64,000 nt of DNA from Prochlorococcus sp. AG-363-B11 (GTDB taxonomy: Bacteria; Cyanobacteriota; Cyanobacteriia; PCC-6307; Cyanobiaceae). Of this stretch, positions 19,551-30,956 are shown one piece after another. The position numbers and the translations under genes were made by a program. How positions within the stretch are numbered: position 1 is the first letter of the stretch; every line of letters begins with the position of its first letter. The notes beneath the pieces are model-generated. The model did not search any database, had not been told where the DNA came from, and was given only the letters and a program-made list of their open reading frames with translations. Where the stretch lies: NCBI GenBank assembly GCA_003278425.1, contig QCFE01000005.1:20066-84065 (forward strand). The letters run 5' to 3'.

Positions 19551-21108
19551 TTGAAAAAAATAAGTATAAGCAAACTTTTGCTAACTCTATTACCCATAAT
19601 AACTATTATACCTATAGTCATTCAATGTATTCAAGGACTTCATCTTGGAGGTCTAAATACATTGTGGAATTTCCTTCTATCTGCATTAACACCGTCCCTT
19701 AGTAATGATGTAGTTGCAACTTGTTTACATGGACTCCAGATTACTTTTGCATATGCAATCATCTCCTGGTTAATAAGCATTTCTGCAGGACTAATTCTTG
19801 CTTTTCTAAGCTCTTATTCTATAAATAAAATAATTGGCATACCAGAAATTTTTACTAATATCATAAGGGGAATTTTAACTCTTCCTAGAGCAACGCATGA
19901 ATTAATTTGGGGCTTGTTACTACTACAAATTTTTGGATTGGCACCTTGGATAGCAATAACAGCTATATCAATTCCATACTCATCATTAATGGCGCGTGTA
20001 TTTGCAGAACAAATAGATAAAATTGATCTAAGTAATGCAATTGCATTAAAACAGGTTGGATCAAGTAAACTGCAAATCTTAATCTCAACTTTTCTACCAA
20101 AACTAATACCTATTGTAGGAATATATGGATCATATAGACTTGAATGTGCAATTAGAGGGGCAACACTTTTAGGAGTCTTTGGATTAGGGGGGATTGGTAC
20201 AGAGATGCAATTAAGTATATTATCATTAAAGTTTAATGAAATGTGGACTTCAATATGGATGCTATTTATCTCAATTCTTATCTTAGAAAAGATTCTTGAA
20301 TTCCTCCAAAAACCCACGCTCTATATCAAAAATATTGGTATATATACGCTAACAAGTATTATATTGCTTTCCTGTTCTTTTGGCTTAAGTCTAATTTGGC
20401 TTAATGGATTAGGAGTAAATCTCTTTCAACAAATAAACGTTTATTTATTTAAACTTCCAAGTTTAACGAATCTCTTATCCGCATTAATTGTACTGCCTTG
20501 GGCCAAATTACTAAGTGAAACAATATTACTCATGATTTTAGCATCTGGTATCGCAATTGGATTACCTCCTCTTCTGCTAATGATCTTGCCTAACCAATTT
20601 TGCGCAAATATATTTAGCGTACTATGGATTTTTTGCAGATTAATACCAACGCCCTTGACGACAATGCTATTACTCTTATCTATAAATCCAAGTATATCTG
20701 TTGCTGCTTTAGCATTAGGAATACAAAATATGGGTGTTCTTGGTCGACTACTGAAACAAAATATTGATAAGCAAGATAATAAGCTTTATACAGCAATTCT
20801 AGCAACTGGTAGTAAACCTCAATTAGCTTGGCTGTATGGAAAAAATGTCCTTACAAAGCAATAGTTACTTAACTTACTCGTTATATAGAATAGATGTTAT
20901 CTTGAGAGAGACTATTGTAGTAGGGACAGTTGGAGGTGTTGGATTAGGATGGCAATTAAAAGAATCACTAAGTTCTTTTGCTTGGGAGGAAGTCCTCTTA
21001 ATAACAATTACGTTTATATCAATCACTTTAATAGGCGAGACATTCAGTGAGAAATTACAAAAACGTCTACTTAACAACCAAAACAAAGATACGATACTCT
21101 TATATTAA
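19551..21108 (+). pseudogene. phnE: PhnE-like double-domain permease split by a +1 frameshift (true pseudogene or homopolymer error)
   Basis: ORFs 19551-20864 and 20836-21108 join as ...WLYGK/MSLQSNSYLTYSLYRIDVILRET... if one A is removed from the A6 run at 20840-20845. Both halves carry PhnE motifs (YRLECAIRGATLLGVFGLGGIG; LRETIVVGTVGGVGLG). Confidence 0.8.
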
Positions 21109-21124
21109 TACTTATAGATAAATT

Positions 21125-21769
21125 ATGAAGACAGGAATAAAGCAATTAATAGTTATTGGGGATAGTTCAGTATATGGATGGGGTGATAGTGAAGGTGGTG
21201 GCTGGTGCGGTAGGCTTCGTAAACATTGGATGGACTCTCAAAACAATCCTATTCTTTATCAAATAGGTATAAGAGGAGATGGATTAGAAAAAGTTGCGCA
21301 AAGGTGGTATAGCGAATGGAAATGTCGCGGAGAGTTAAGAAGAAAATTACCAGACGGTCTAATGTTAGCAGTAGGTATCAATGACACAGCAAAGATCGGA
21401 CGTATAGATGGCAGGCCACAATTATCACAAGATGCTTTTAAATTTGGGTTAGAAGAGCTCCTTAAGAAAATTAAGAAAGAGACTTTTGTAATGGTTATGG
21501 GTCTAACTGCAGTCTGCGAGAATAAAATGCCATTTGCTGACTGTTTATGGTACTCAAATAATGCTTCTTCAAGCTACGAAAGGTTAATTGAAGAATGCTG
21601 TCTAGAATTAGATATCCCATTCTTAGCAACTTTTCAGGAAATGAAGAGACACCCTAATCTTAATAATTTGATTATGCCAGATGGGATACATCTCAATTCG
21701 CATGGACACAAATGGCTCTTTGAGAAGGTTTCTAATTGGCCATCTCTAAAAAAGTGGGCTAATTCTTAA
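21125..21769 (+). CDS. GDSL/SGNH hydrolase
   Basis: GDSSVYG, GIND, DGIHLN. Confidence 0.92.
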   Translation: MKTGIKQLIVIGDSSVYGWGDSEGGGWCGRLRKHWMDSQNNPILYQIGIRGDGLEKVAQRWYSEWKCRGELRRKLPDGLMLAVGINDTAKIGRIDGRPQLSQDAFKFGLEELLKKIKKETFVMVMGLTAVCENKMPFADCLWYSNNASSSYERLIEECCLELDIPFLATFQEMKRHPNLNNLIMPDGIHLNSHGHKWLFEKVSNWPSLKKWANS

Positions 21770-21810
21770 CTAAACAAATAGTAGATAATAAATGCTTTCG
21801 CCATAAAATC

Positions 21811-22551
21811 TTATAATGAAGTATATGCAAAAACAATTGAGAGAATGGAAGCAAAAACTGTTTGGAAGAAATTAACTAATTCATTAGATATCCACCCAAT
21901 TCGATGTTGAAAGAGTGCCCCAAAAACACTCTCCGCTAAAGTAGCTATAAAGCCACTAAAAATAACAATCGTTAGTGATAAAGCGGAAGCTAAAAAACCT
22001 AATTTATACATTATTAATCCCATCAAGGAACTACCAACAAAACTTGCAATAGTTCCTGCAAAACTAATCGCTCCATCTGTACCAACTGGCACTGCACGTA
22101 AATTAGTAATCAAATAAGTGTTTTGTCCCCACCTCTTCCCGATTTCACTTCCAAAAGTATCAGCTAACTTCGCTGAAAAACTTGAAGCAAACGCAATAAA
22201 AAGAAAATACTCACCGTAGCCATTTAAAAGCTTATAAATAATAGCTAATAAGGTACCAGTAGCAGCTGAGCCCCAGACATTCTCAGGGCCTCGCCTACCA
22301 CCCCTTCCTTCTGCTATACCTTTAGACTTTTTGAAAGAAAAACCTATTTTGGTTACCAAAGTGCCAAATAGCAAATATAAAGCAACTGCAATCCAAGCAT
22401 TCCAGCCTATACAACCCAAAAGTATTGTTCCTAATATTCCAGCATGTAACCAACCCTTTTTAGTAAGAAATGGAAGCCGGTGAGCAATTAAAATAATAAT
22501 AAGGTTTATAAAAAAGGCCCTGAACCAGTCAGAATGAAGAAAGAAAGCCAA
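21811..22551 (-). CDS. DUF92 / TIGR00297 membrane protein
   Basis: RGPENVWGS, ADTFGSEIGK, GTDGAIS. Confidence 0.9.
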   Translation of the reverse strand: MAFFLHSDWFRAFFINLIIILIAHRLPFLTKKGWLHAGILGTILLGCIGWNAWIAVALYLLFGTLVTKIGFSFKKSKGIAEGRGGRRGPENVWGSAATGTLLAIIYKLLNGYGEYFLFIAFASSFSAKLADTFGSEIGKRWGQNTYLITNLRAVPVGTDGAISFAGTIASFVGSSLMGLIMYKLGFLASALSLTIVIFSGFIATLAESVFGALFQHRIGWISNELVNFFQTVFASILSIVFAYTSL

Positions 22552-22616
22552 AAGAATATACGTTGATAATTTTAGTCTTAATTTACATTAATAAAAACGT
22601 TTAAGGAAGTCTATCC

Positions 22617-23375
22617 CTAAGAGTTTGTTCTTCGCCATGAACACAATAGTTGACAAGCCGAAATTGCTGCTGTTGAAGTTCTAAGAATAGTTTCTCCAAA
22701 CTGAACATATAGACAATGTTTCTGCTTAGCTAAAGCCAGTTCAAGGCTAGTCCAGCCACCTTCAGGGCCAATAGCTACCCAAATTTCATCATAGGTCTTT
22801 GAGACATTTGGTAAGAGCTTTTCTAAATGACTAACCTCATCTAATCGCGTAGTTCCAAAAGTTGCTAAAGAATTTGTTCCTGAACTATTCAGCCAATTAG
22901 AGATAGAGGTCATTTCCTTAAGGCTAGGCTTCCATAGTCTCTCTGATTGTTCAACTGCTTCATTCAGAATTGTTTGCCATCTGGAAAACCTATGTGATGA
23001 GATATTCCGAACTAAGGAACGCTCTGAAAATATTGGCTGAAGTGTATCTATACCAATTTCACATGACATTCTAATAACATCTTCAAACCCATGCTTAGGA
23101 ACAGCTACAGCTAGGCATAACTTCGGATATGGCTGTTCACTAATTTGTTCTGGAGTGTGGAAATTAGTAATTAGTTTAACAATATTGTCTTCAACTATAT
23201 GAGAAGTCCAAAGGTGTCCAACTCCATCGATGATATGAAATTTATCACCTCTCTTAAGTCGAAGAACTCGAGATAAATAGTGATTTTCTTTTGATGTTAA
23301 CTGTAGTAAATTATCTTTTCCATAAGTATGCTCAATTCGATCATGATGGACTAAAAGACGTCTCAATTCAGCCAT
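22617..23375 (-). CDS. rsmE: 16S rRNA m3U1498 methyltransferase
   Basis: HYLSRVLRL, EAVEQSER, IGPEGGW, ILRTSTA. Confidence 0.95.
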   Translation of the reverse strand: MAELRRLLVHHDRIEHTYGKDNLLQLTSKENHYLSRVLRLKRGDKFHIIDGVGHLWTSHIVEDNIVKLITNFHTPEQISEQPYPKLCLAVAVPKHGFEDVIRMSCEIGIDTLQPIFSERSLVRNISSHRFSRWQTILNEAVEQSERLWKPSLKEMTSISNWLNSSGTNSLATFGTTRLDEVSHLEKLLPNVSKTYDEIWVAIGPEGGWTSLELALAKQKHCLYVQFGETILRTSTAAISACQLLCSWRRTNS

Positions 23376-23378
23376 ATA

Positions 23379-23828
23379 TCATTCAGACTGATTAAATATT
23401 GCATCTGGATGATTAACAACATCCCAGTCCTCATTAACCCCGCCAATGCATATCTCCTGCAAACGTACTACGTCTCCACTTATTTGACATAAGGCATTAA
23501 TCAGCACGTCTAAGGCAATGGGATCCGAAGTGCCTAAATCAACCCAGCAACGTGCCCATTCATTCTTATATTCTAATTGCCCTAGATTATGCATTAATGC
23601 AGGTAAATTAGAGGATTGTTCATCACTGCTATAGCTCATCCAACTTAAATCTGCGCCAGCCTGATGAGCTTGTAGGTTTCCAGAGTTAAAGCCCCCTAAA
23701 CGTCCAAGTACATACCAACTATCAAAGACTCCATCTATGTAATTCATTTCACCTTGAGTAGGAATATCCTCAAAACGAATCCATATCCAACAGTTAAACG
23801 GGTCAATTTCTCTAAATCGTATTTCCAT
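23379..23828 (-). CDS. DUF3531 family protein
   Basis: FREIDPFNCWIW, SWYVLGRLGGFN, WVDLGTSD. Confidence 0.88.
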   Translation of the reverse strand: MEIRFREIDPFNCWIWIRFEDIPTQGEMNYIDGVFDSWYVLGRLGGFNSGNLQAHQAGADLSWMSYSSDEQSSNLPALMHNLGQLEYKNEWARCWVDLGTSDPIALDVLINALCQISGDVVRLQEICIGGVNEDWDVVNHPDAIFNQSE

Positions 23829-23944
23829 AATAAATTTATGCGTTATTTGTATTCTTTTAAAAATAATTTTATATTATACCTAGTTTAAAAGCTCTAAACA
23901 ATAATTTTAAACTTATCATATCTTTATAGGCATTTAAAACGATA

Positions 23945-24574
23945 GTGCTTAAATTAGAAGACATTGAGTATCATCCGTCAACATCTGAGAAACCGATTTT
24001 AAGGGGTATCTCTTTAGATGCTAACAAAGGGCAACCTTTAATAATCTCAGGTCCAAGCGGAAGCGGTAAAACAACCCTAATAGAAGTCATTAGTGGATTA
24101 GTAACACAGAGTAAAGGAACAATATATTGCGATAATGAGGAATTAAAAGGAAGGCAAAGGAGAGCCATTTCCGGAGTCGTTTTTCAATTCCCTGAACGTC
24201 ATTTTATCGGCATGACCGTTGCTCATGAACTAAGATTAGGTCATAGAAGGCTACCAGGAGAACTCCAATCCGAAGTGTTAACAAGAGTAGGGCTCGGCTC
24301 AATTGATATATCGGAATTGCCGGAGAAACTAAGTGGAGGCCAACAAAGACGCCTAGCTATAGCAGTACAATTAATAAGGAGACCTAAAATTCTATTACTT
24401 GATGAGCCTACAGCAGGATTAGATTGGTCTATTAGAGAGGAAATTCTTAAACTAATTAAGCAACTCTCAAGAGAACAATATATGGTCATAGTTACCCATG
24501 AACCAGAAACTTTCGCTTCCTGGAATATCAGAAGTTATCAATTAGATAAACAAATTCTAAATCCCGCTATTTAG
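23945..24574 (+). CDS. ABC transporter ATP-binding protein (ECF/CbiO-like)
   Basis: GPSGSGKTT, VFQFPE, LSGGQQRR, LLDEPTAGLD, VTH. Confidence 0.92.
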   Translation: MLKLEDIEYHPSTSEKPILRGISLDANKGQPLIISGPSGSGKTTLIEVISGLVTQSKGTIYCDNEELKGRQRRAISGVVFQFPERHFIGMTVAHELRLGHRRLPGELQSEVLTRVGLGSIDISELPEKLSGGQQRRLAIAVQLIRRPKILLLDEPTAGLDWSIREEILKLIKQLSREQYMVIVTHEPETFASWNIRSYQLDKQILNPAI

Positions 24575-24582
24575 CTAATTCC

Positions 24583-25488
24583 ATGAAAGATATTCTAGTA
24601 AGAGCAACAGCAGCTAATGGAGGAATAAGTCTAGTAGCTGTAAATACAACGAATGCTGTAAACGAAGCAAGGCGTAGACATTCACTTTCATATCTAACTA
24701 CTGTAATACTAGGAAGAGCAATTGGGGCAGGACTGTTGCTCGCAAGTACAATGAAGGTTCAACAAGGTCGCGTAACCATTAAATTTCAGTCAGATGGACC
24801 TTTGAAAGGGCTATTTGTTGATGCAGGTAAAGATGGAACGGTTAGAGGATATGTAGGGAACCCAGAACTGGAGCTAGACTTAACAAGTACAAATACCAAT
24901 CACCCTTATTTCGATTTCAGTACTGCTACTGGCAAGGGCTATTTACACGTAACTAGAGACATAGGAAAAGGTCAGCCTTTTTCAAGTACTGTTGAATTGG
25001 AAAGTGGTTGTGTAGGGGAAGATATAGCCTCTTATTTACTTCATTCAGAACAAACAAGATCTGCTGTTTTTGTAGGTGAAAAAATAGAGAATGGTAATTT
25101 AATATCTTCGGGAGCTTTAATAGCTCAAGTTTTACCAGAAAAAAACTCAGAAAATACAATTATAGATAATTTAAATGAGCAATGTTTTAATGTTTCTAAT
25201 TTTAGTGACCATCTTTATGAATGCAAAGATAATCTATCTAGTATATTTGAAAGATTATTTCCAAGCCTAAATTCTAATGTTATATCATCTGTAGAAGGTT
25301 ATCAAACTATATCATTTCAATGTAGGTGTACTAGATCCCGTAGCATGGCAGCACTAAAGTTGTTAGGAAAGAAAGAACTAGAAGATATTCTAAAAAACGA
25401 AAAAGAATCTAAACTAACTTGCAAGTTCTGCAATAGTATATATTTTTTTGGGGAAACTGAACTAAGGGAAATAATAGCAGAACTATAA
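24583..25488 (+). CDS. hslO: Hsp33 redox-regulated chaperone
   Basis: DGPLKG, VRGYV, YLLHSEQ; zinc motif CRC...CKFC. Confidence 0.96.
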   Translation: MKDILVRATAANGGISLVAVNTTNAVNEARRRHSLSYLTTVILGRAIGAGLLLASTMKVQQGRVTIKFQSDGPLKGLFVDAGKDGTVRGYVGNPELELDLTSTNTNHPYFDFSTATGKGYLHVTRDIGKGQPFSSTVELESGCVGEDIASYLLHSEQTRSAVFVGEKIENGNLISSGALIAQVLPEKNSENTIIDNLNEQCFNVSNFSDHLYECKDNLSSIFERLFPSLNSNVISSVEGYQTISFQCRCTRSRSMAALKLLGKKELEDILKNEKESKLTCKFCNSIYFFGETELREIIAEL

Positions 25489-25501
25489 GTCCAACCCAGT
25501 C

Positions 25502-26185
25502 TTATCCTAAAAGGATTGACCCTATCCATAATAAAATAAGAACAGGTAATGCTTCTATTTTATCAATAGATATCAATAATGACTGGCTATTTACTATCCC
25601 AACATTACTAACAATTAAACCTCCTAAGATATAACCACTAGAAAGGAATACTACACTCCAACCTAAAGAAGCTAGGGCTTTTCTGCCTCGTTTTAATTGA
25701 CTAATAAACAAGCCAATTGTTGAAAGAGAGAGAATGATCTGGATATAAGACTCTGAAGCTACTAAAAGTAAAACAATAGCAAAGAAGCCTAGAGAAAGCC
25801 TTATAGTTAATCCCTCTCCGTCAGGAAGACTTAAGAAGTTATTTTCTTCGGAATCTGAAGTGGTTGTAGATTTAAAACTCTTAATTTTAGTAAGCAATGA
25901 ACTTTTTAGACCTGGGAGATTGACAGATCCATTATTCTTTTCCTTTTGAGATGCATTAACTGCATCATTACTTATTTTCCCTAATTGTCTTGCTTTAAGA
26001 CTATCCATAAGTAAGGAATCATAAGATGATTCAATTTTTGCTTTTAGCAGAACATCTTCCCCTGCCTCAAGTAACTTCCTTTCTCTAGCTCTTTGAATAT
26101 CGTCAAAAGAAGCGTTGCGATCAACTCCTAGCTGAGAATATGGGTCATTAGGATTTTGTTGACCTTCGGAGCTCGTATTAGCCAC
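25502..26185 (-). CDS. CPP1-like J-like membrane protein (DUF3353)
   Basis: DPYSQLGVDRNASFDDIQ...IESSYDSLLM..L..RQLG; C-terminal TM helices. Confidence 0.88.
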   Translation of the reverse strand: MANTSSEGQQNPNDPYSQLGVDRNASFDDIQRARERKLLEAGEDVLLKAKIESSYDSLLMDSLKARQLGKISNDAVNASQKEKNNGSVNLPGLKSSLLTKIKSFKSTTTSDSEENNFLSLPDGEGLTIRLSLGFFAIVLLLVASESYIQIILSLSTIGLFISQLKRGRKALASLGWSVVFLSSGYILGGLIVSNVGIVNSQSLLISIDKIEALPVLILLWIGSILLG

Positions 26186-26248
26186 AGTTTAATTTAATGA
26201 TATAAATGAGAGTAGTAGCGAACACTAGGATTGGTAAAGAAAATGATA

Positions 26249-27925
26249 TTAAAGAGTTATAGGATTTACGCCACTGACAACAGGAGCAACAGAACTTAAT
26301 TTTAAAGATGGATGGTCTTGTTCTAATTGATTTAAATTCCATTTATTTTTAAAAAGAAGCACTGGTCTCTGCCAAGAATCCTGGACTGTTTTACAGTTAA
26401 AAATTCTTCCGACCTCATCAAGAGAACTCCAACCTCCACTAACCCACCTTGCAACTTGATAGCCCATGGGCTCTACAATCGTTTCAACAGAATATTCACT
26501 CTCCAATCTATGTTGAACAACTTCTAGCTGTAATTGACCCACTGCAGCAAGTATTGGATCTCTTTTGCTCTGATCGGTATCGTAAAGAATTTGGACAGCT
26601 CCTTCTTCTCTTAATTCATTAACTCCTTTCTTAAAATTCTTAAAGGAAGAGGGATTAGGGTTTCTCAACCAAGAAAATATCTCTGGACTAAAACAAGGTA
26701 TCCCTTCGTATTCTGTATGTTTTCCTGTATATAAGGTATCCCCAATTGCGAACATTCCTGGATTGTTCAAACCAATTACATCGCCTGGATAGGCATCTTC
26801 AACAACTGACCTATCCTGAGCAAATATCTTTTGGGGTCTTGATAGCCGAATATTCTTCCCAGTCCTAGCATGATTAACTGTCATATCTTTTTCAAATCGT
26901 CCACTACAAACTCTCACAAAAGCTACACGATCTCTATGACGAGGGTCCATATTAGCCTGCAATTTAAAAACAAATCCAGTAAATGTATCCCTCATAGGAT
27001 CAACAGCACCATCATGAGCCATACGAGCCACAGGTCCCTGAGCTAAATTGAGGAAACTATCTAAAAATGGCTTAACACCAAAGTTGGTCATAGCAGAGCC
27101 AAAGAAAATAGGAGTAAGCTCACCAGCTCTAATTAGATCAATATCCAAAGGTGCGCCAGCCTCTTCAAGGAGTTCTAATTCTTCAATTGCTTTATCTAAA
27201 AGCTCTTTTTCAACTAAATTCGTAATCTCAGGATCATCAATTTTCAAACGTCTCTCTATTGACTGCTTCCCTCTTTCGGCTCTAGTAAACAAAACAACGT
27301 CCCTTGTTTGGCGTTCAATAACACCACGAAAAAGATCTCCACTTCCAATAGGCCAATTAAATGCATAAGTAGATAGATTCAGATCTGATTCAATCTCATC
27401 TAATAGAGACAGTGGCTCAAGCCCAGGCCTATCCATCTTATTGATGAAAGTAAAAATAGGAATATTCCTAAGTCGGCAAACTTCGAACAACTTGCGTGTT
27501 TGAGGCTCTAAACCTTTGGCTGCATCTTCCAACATCACAGCATTATCTGCAGCTGCTAAGGTTCTGTATGTATCTTCTGAAAAGTCCTGGTGCCCAGGAG
27601 TGTCTAATAAATTAATGGTAATTTCATTATAATCAAATTGCAAAACCGTTGAAGTAATCGAAATACCTCTTTGTTTCTCCAATTCCATCCAATCAGAAGT
27701 AACCTTTCTTTGTTCGCCTCGAGCTTTAACAGCCCCGGCCTGTTGAATAGCTCCTCCATATAGAAGAAGCTTTTCTGTAAGAGTCGTTTTCCCAGCATCT
27801 GGATGCGAGATAATTGCAAAGTTTCTCCTTCGCTTAACCGCTTCTTTTAATTGTTTTTGAAACTCTCCATCAACTGAAAACACTGATGATTTTTTTTGAT
27901 GAGCTTCTGATGAGAAAGATTTCAT
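26249..27925 (-). CDS. prfC: Peptide chain release factor 3
   Basis: [34 protein letters not shown]. Confidence 0.98.
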   Translation of the reverse strand: MKSFSSEAHQKKSSVFSVDGEFQKQLKEAVKRRRNFAIISHPDAGKTTLTEKLLLYGGAIQQAGAVKARGEQRKVTSDWMELEKQRGISITSTVLQFDYNEITINLLDTPGHQDFSEDTYRTLAAADNAVMLEDAAKGLEPQTRKLFEVCRLRNIPIFTFINKMDRPGLEPLSLLDEIESDLNLSTYAFNWPIGSGDLFRGVIERQTRDVVLFTRAERGKQSIERRLKIDDPEITNLVEKELLDKAIEELELLEEAGAPLDIDLIRAGELTPIFFGSAMTNFGVKPFLDSFLNLAQGPVARMAHDGAVDPMRDTFTGFVFKLQANMDPRHRDRVAFVRVCSGRFEKDMTVNHARTGKNIRLSRPQKIFAQDRSVVEDAYPGDVIGLNNPGMFAIGDTLYTGKHTEYEGIPCFSPEIFSWLRNPNPSSFKNFKKGVNELREEGAVQILYDTDQSKRDPILAAVGQLQLEVVQHRLESEYSVETIVEPMGYQVARWVSGGWSSLDEVGRIFNCKTVQDSWQRPVLLFKNKWNLNQLEQDHPSLKLSSVAPVVSGVNPITL

Positions 27926-27926
27926 T

Positions 27927-28154
27927 TCAATCAGGCAACATCGAATGTTCTGATTTCAAGTGATCTAACCGCAACAAGAAAGTTCCTCTACGAAATTTAA
28001 CCTCTGCCATATCCTTTGGTAATAAAGCAACAATCTCTCCAACTTCATCAATAGAAACAAGATCGGGAGGACGGAGCATTGGCATTGGATCATTTGTTTT
28101 TAAATATCGTTGAGAAACAGTTAATAAAACCTTTTCTCCCAAAATGATTGTCAT
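27927..28154 (-). CDS. sipA: SipA (NblS/Hik33-interacting protein, DUF3148)
   Basis: [17 protein letters not shown]...VKFRRGTFL. Confidence 0.88.
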   Translation of the reverse strand: MTIILGEKVLLTVSQRYLKTNDPMPMLRPPDLVSIDEVGEIVALLPKDMAEVKFRRGTFLLRLDHLKSEHSMLPD

Positions 28155-28309
28155 AGGATTTGTTCTCAGTTCTATGATTCTATAAATTTAATGACTTCTG
28201 GTGATTGAGTTAGACACTCCTTCTTAACAAGCTTACTAAGACATAAAGACACTTCCCACTAACAAGCTAACATTTATCATTAATGTATACCTAGCTAGGT
28301 GCTTACCCC

Positions 28310-28882
28310 TTGCAAAACCTTACTCTTTTGAGTTCAGCACTGGCAGCACTTCTCATGATCCTTGTTGGTGGAATGATTCCATCTGCAATTTTAATTATTA
28401 AAAATAATTTTTCATTCGGAATTATTGATATACCAATTTCATGGCAAGTACCTGCACTACTCTTAGCTGGATTAGTTTGCGGACCAAAAGCTGGAATAAT
28501 CGCTGTAATTGCTTACCTTACTATTGGTTTATTTTATCTGCCAGTTTTCCATGGTGGAGGAAGTATTGGATATATTGCTACTCCAGCTTTTGGCTATTTA
28601 GTAGGTTTTATCCCTGCTGTTTGGGTTACGGGCCGACTTGTTCAATTTAAAAACAAGACCTCAATACATCTATTATTTGTTGCATCAATTACTGGATTGA
28701 CAATAATTCATACGGTAGGAATAATAAACCTATTAATAGGTGCCTTAACATCAAGGTGGGGCAGTTCTTTTATTGAGCTTATATACATATATAGCATCTC
28801 TAATTTTCCATTCCACATTCTTTTATGCTTCCCTATTGTTCTTCTCAGTAAGTCTCTGAGAAAAATATTAATACTAGAATAA
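28310..28882 (+). CDS. bioY: Biotin transporter BioY
   Basis: WQVP, AYLTIGL..LPVFHGGG, FGYLVGF. Confidence 0.92.
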   Translation: MQNLTLLSSALAALLMILVGGMIPSAILIIKNNFSFGIIDIPISWQVPALLLAGLVCGPKAGIIAVIAYLTIGLFYLPVFHGGGSIGYIATPAFGYLVGFIPAVWVTGRLVQFKNKTSIHLLFVASITGLTIIHTVGIINLLIGALTSRWGSSFIELIYIYSISNFPFHILLCFPIVLLSKSLRKILILE

Positions 28883-28891
28883 TAAAAATCT

Positions 28892-29341
28892 ATGCAATCT
28901 TCCAAAATCATCCTACTAGGCTTATTCATTTTCTTATTAGATCAAACTACTAAGCTTGTTGCAGTTAGATTTAGTGCTAATACATATTCACCTATTATAA
29001 CTGGCCTTTTAAGGTTTAATTTAGTTAGAAATGAAGGTGCAGCTTTCAGTATCTTATCGAATTTCCCACTTTTACTTTCTATTATTAGCTTATTTGCTTC
29101 TTTAACCTTATTCCTGTGGATCTCAAGTAAATCATTTTTCTTCTACTATAAAGGTCTGGGCTTAGCTTTTCTTTTAGGGGGAACTCTAGGGAATGGTTTT
29201 GATAGGTGGAGATTAGGCTATGTAGTAGATTTCATCCAATTCATACCAGTTAATTTTCCAATCTTTAATTTTGCGGATATTTCTATTAATTTAGCAATAT
29301 TATTTATATTGATTGATAGTATAAGAAAGAGGAAGGTCTGA
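28892..29341 (+). CDS. lspA: Lipoprotein signal peptidase II
   Basis: DQTTK, NEGAAFS, GNGFDR, VVDF, FNFAD. Confidence 0.96.
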   Translation: MQSSKIILLGLFIFLLDQTTKLVAVRFSANTYSPIITGLLRFNLVRNEGAAFSILSNFPLLLSIISLFASLTLFLWISSKSFFFYYKGLGLAFLLGGTLGNGFDRWRLGYVVDFIQFIPVNFPIFNFADISINLAILFILIDSIRKRKV

Positions 29342-29396
29342 AAAATATGTATATATACCATCATATTATTTACTTAAATAATTTTTATAGAATGCC

Positions 29397-30956
29397 ATGA
29401 CATATAGAAAAAAATATATTCTAATTATCTTATTCCTCCCTATCATAGTAATCATTGCGGCACTAGCAGGAGCCGTTATAAAATTAATAAGTCTACAAAC
29501 AATTATAATTTCTTTATTAGTATTATTTTTCTTTTCTAATAAAAAAATGCTTCATCTTACAAAAAGAATAATAAAAAGATGTAGCTATTACTTGAAGAGT
29601 GATATTAGTTCTTTAACACCTCCTAAAGATCGTAGTGAGGCTGCAAGACAAAGTTTAAGAAGTATAGATCAATTAACTACGCTTATTCAAAATAATATTG
29701 CCTCAGAGGCTTTAAAATCTGAAAAAGAATTAGTTGAGAGAGAGCTATTAAGAGGTGACTTAGTTGTTGTTTTACTGGGGACAGGATCAAGCGGTAAGAC
29801 TTCAATAATACGAGCTCTTCTTCATAGAATAGTTGGTGAGGTTGGCCCAAGTATGGGCTCTACCAAAAACACAAGCTCATATCGACTACGCCTTAAATCA
29901 CTTGTCAGAGGAATAAATCTAGTTGACACACCAGGAATTTTGGAAGGGGGGAGGGATGGTCGGATAAGAGAAAAAGAAGCTCTTTTAAAAGCAAGTAGAG
30001 CCGACTTAATAATTTTTGTAATTGATAGTGATCTAAGATCATATGAGATGGAGATAATAACAAGTCTCTCAAAAATTGGTAAGAGGCTAATTATTGCTAT
30101 AAATAAATGCGATCTTCGTGGCGAACTAGAGGAGGTCAAGTTAGTTAATCTATTAAAGACTCATTGCAAAGGATTAGTTAATGGTCGAGACATTGTTCCT
30201 GTCTCCGCTTCTCCACAATCAATACCAGTTGTCGGCAGCAGGCCAATGCAACCCAAAGCAGAAATAAATCAGTTAATAAAAAGGATAGCTATTGTTCTTC
30301 ATCAAGAGGGCGAAGAACTTATCGCAGATAATATTCTTCTTCAATGTAGAAATCTAGGAGAGTCAGGAAGACAACTCTTGTCAAAACAGCGACGTAAAGA
30401 AGCTATGAAATGTATTGAAAGGTATGTCTGGATAAGCAGTAGTGTTGTCTTAATAACTCCTTTACCTGGCGTCGATCTTCTAGGGACTGCTGTAGTTAAC
30501 GCTAGAATGGTGATGGATATTTCCAAAATATTTGGAGTTAATTTAACCAAAGATCGTGCGAAGTTTTTAGCAATGTCAGTCGGTCAAACTATTGCTGGAT
30601 TAGGAGTAGTAAAAGGTAGTGTATCAATTATTAGCAATTCTCTTAGTGTACACTTGCCTACATATCTAATAGGGAAATCAATCCAGGGTATTACAGCAGG
30701 TTGGCTTACAAAAGTTGCCGGGGAAAGCTTGACAACTTATTTTGAGCATGATCAAGACTGGGGAGATGGTGGGATACAAGAAGTCGTCCAATATCATTAT
30801 CAACTGAACAGTCGAGAAAAGACCCTAAGGCAATTTATCAATGTCGCAATGAGCAGAGTTATTAAACCTACTAAAGGTACAAAAAATAAAACGTTGGCGC
30901 CAAGCCGAAAGCCTCGGGGGGAGGAGGGAGCATTGGGCCTCGAGCATCAAGAATAG
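29397..30956 (+). CDS. Membrane-anchored GTPase with DUF697/YcjF domain
   Basis: GTGSSGKTS, DTPG, NKCD, VSA; PLPGVDL; QDWGDGG. Confidence 0.9.
   Translation: MTYRKKYILIILFLPIIVIIAALAGAVIKLISLQTIIISLLVLFFFSNKKMLHLTKRIIKRCSYYLKSDISSLTPPKDRSEAARQSLRSIDQLTTLIQNNIASEALKSEKELVERELLRGDLVVVLLGTGSSGKTSIIRALLHRIVGEVGPSMGSTKNTSSYRLRLKSLVRGINLVDTPGILEGGRDGRIREKEALLKASRADLIIFVIDSDLRSYEMEIITSLSKIGKRLIIAINKCDLRGELEEVKLVNLLKTHCKGLVNGRDIVPVSASPQSIPVVGSRPMQPKAEINQLIKRIAIVLHQEGEELIADNILLQCRNLGESGRQLLSKQRRKEAMKCIERYVWISSSVVLITPLPGVDLLGTAVVNARMVMDISKIFGVNLTKDRAKFLAMSVGQTIAGLGVVKGSVSIISNSLSVHLPTYLIGKSIQGITAGWLTKVAGESLTTYFEHDQDWGDGGIQEVVQYHYQLNSREKTLRQFINVAMSRVIKPTKGTKNKTLAPSRKPRGEEGALGLEHQE

Noticed and set aside
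19814-20317. Long antisense ORFs (also 11349-11714, 14328-14720, 27048-27368, 29822-30139, 31544-31903, 37947-38264 and others)
   Set aside because: All lie opposite well-supported genes and read as codon-bias shadows.
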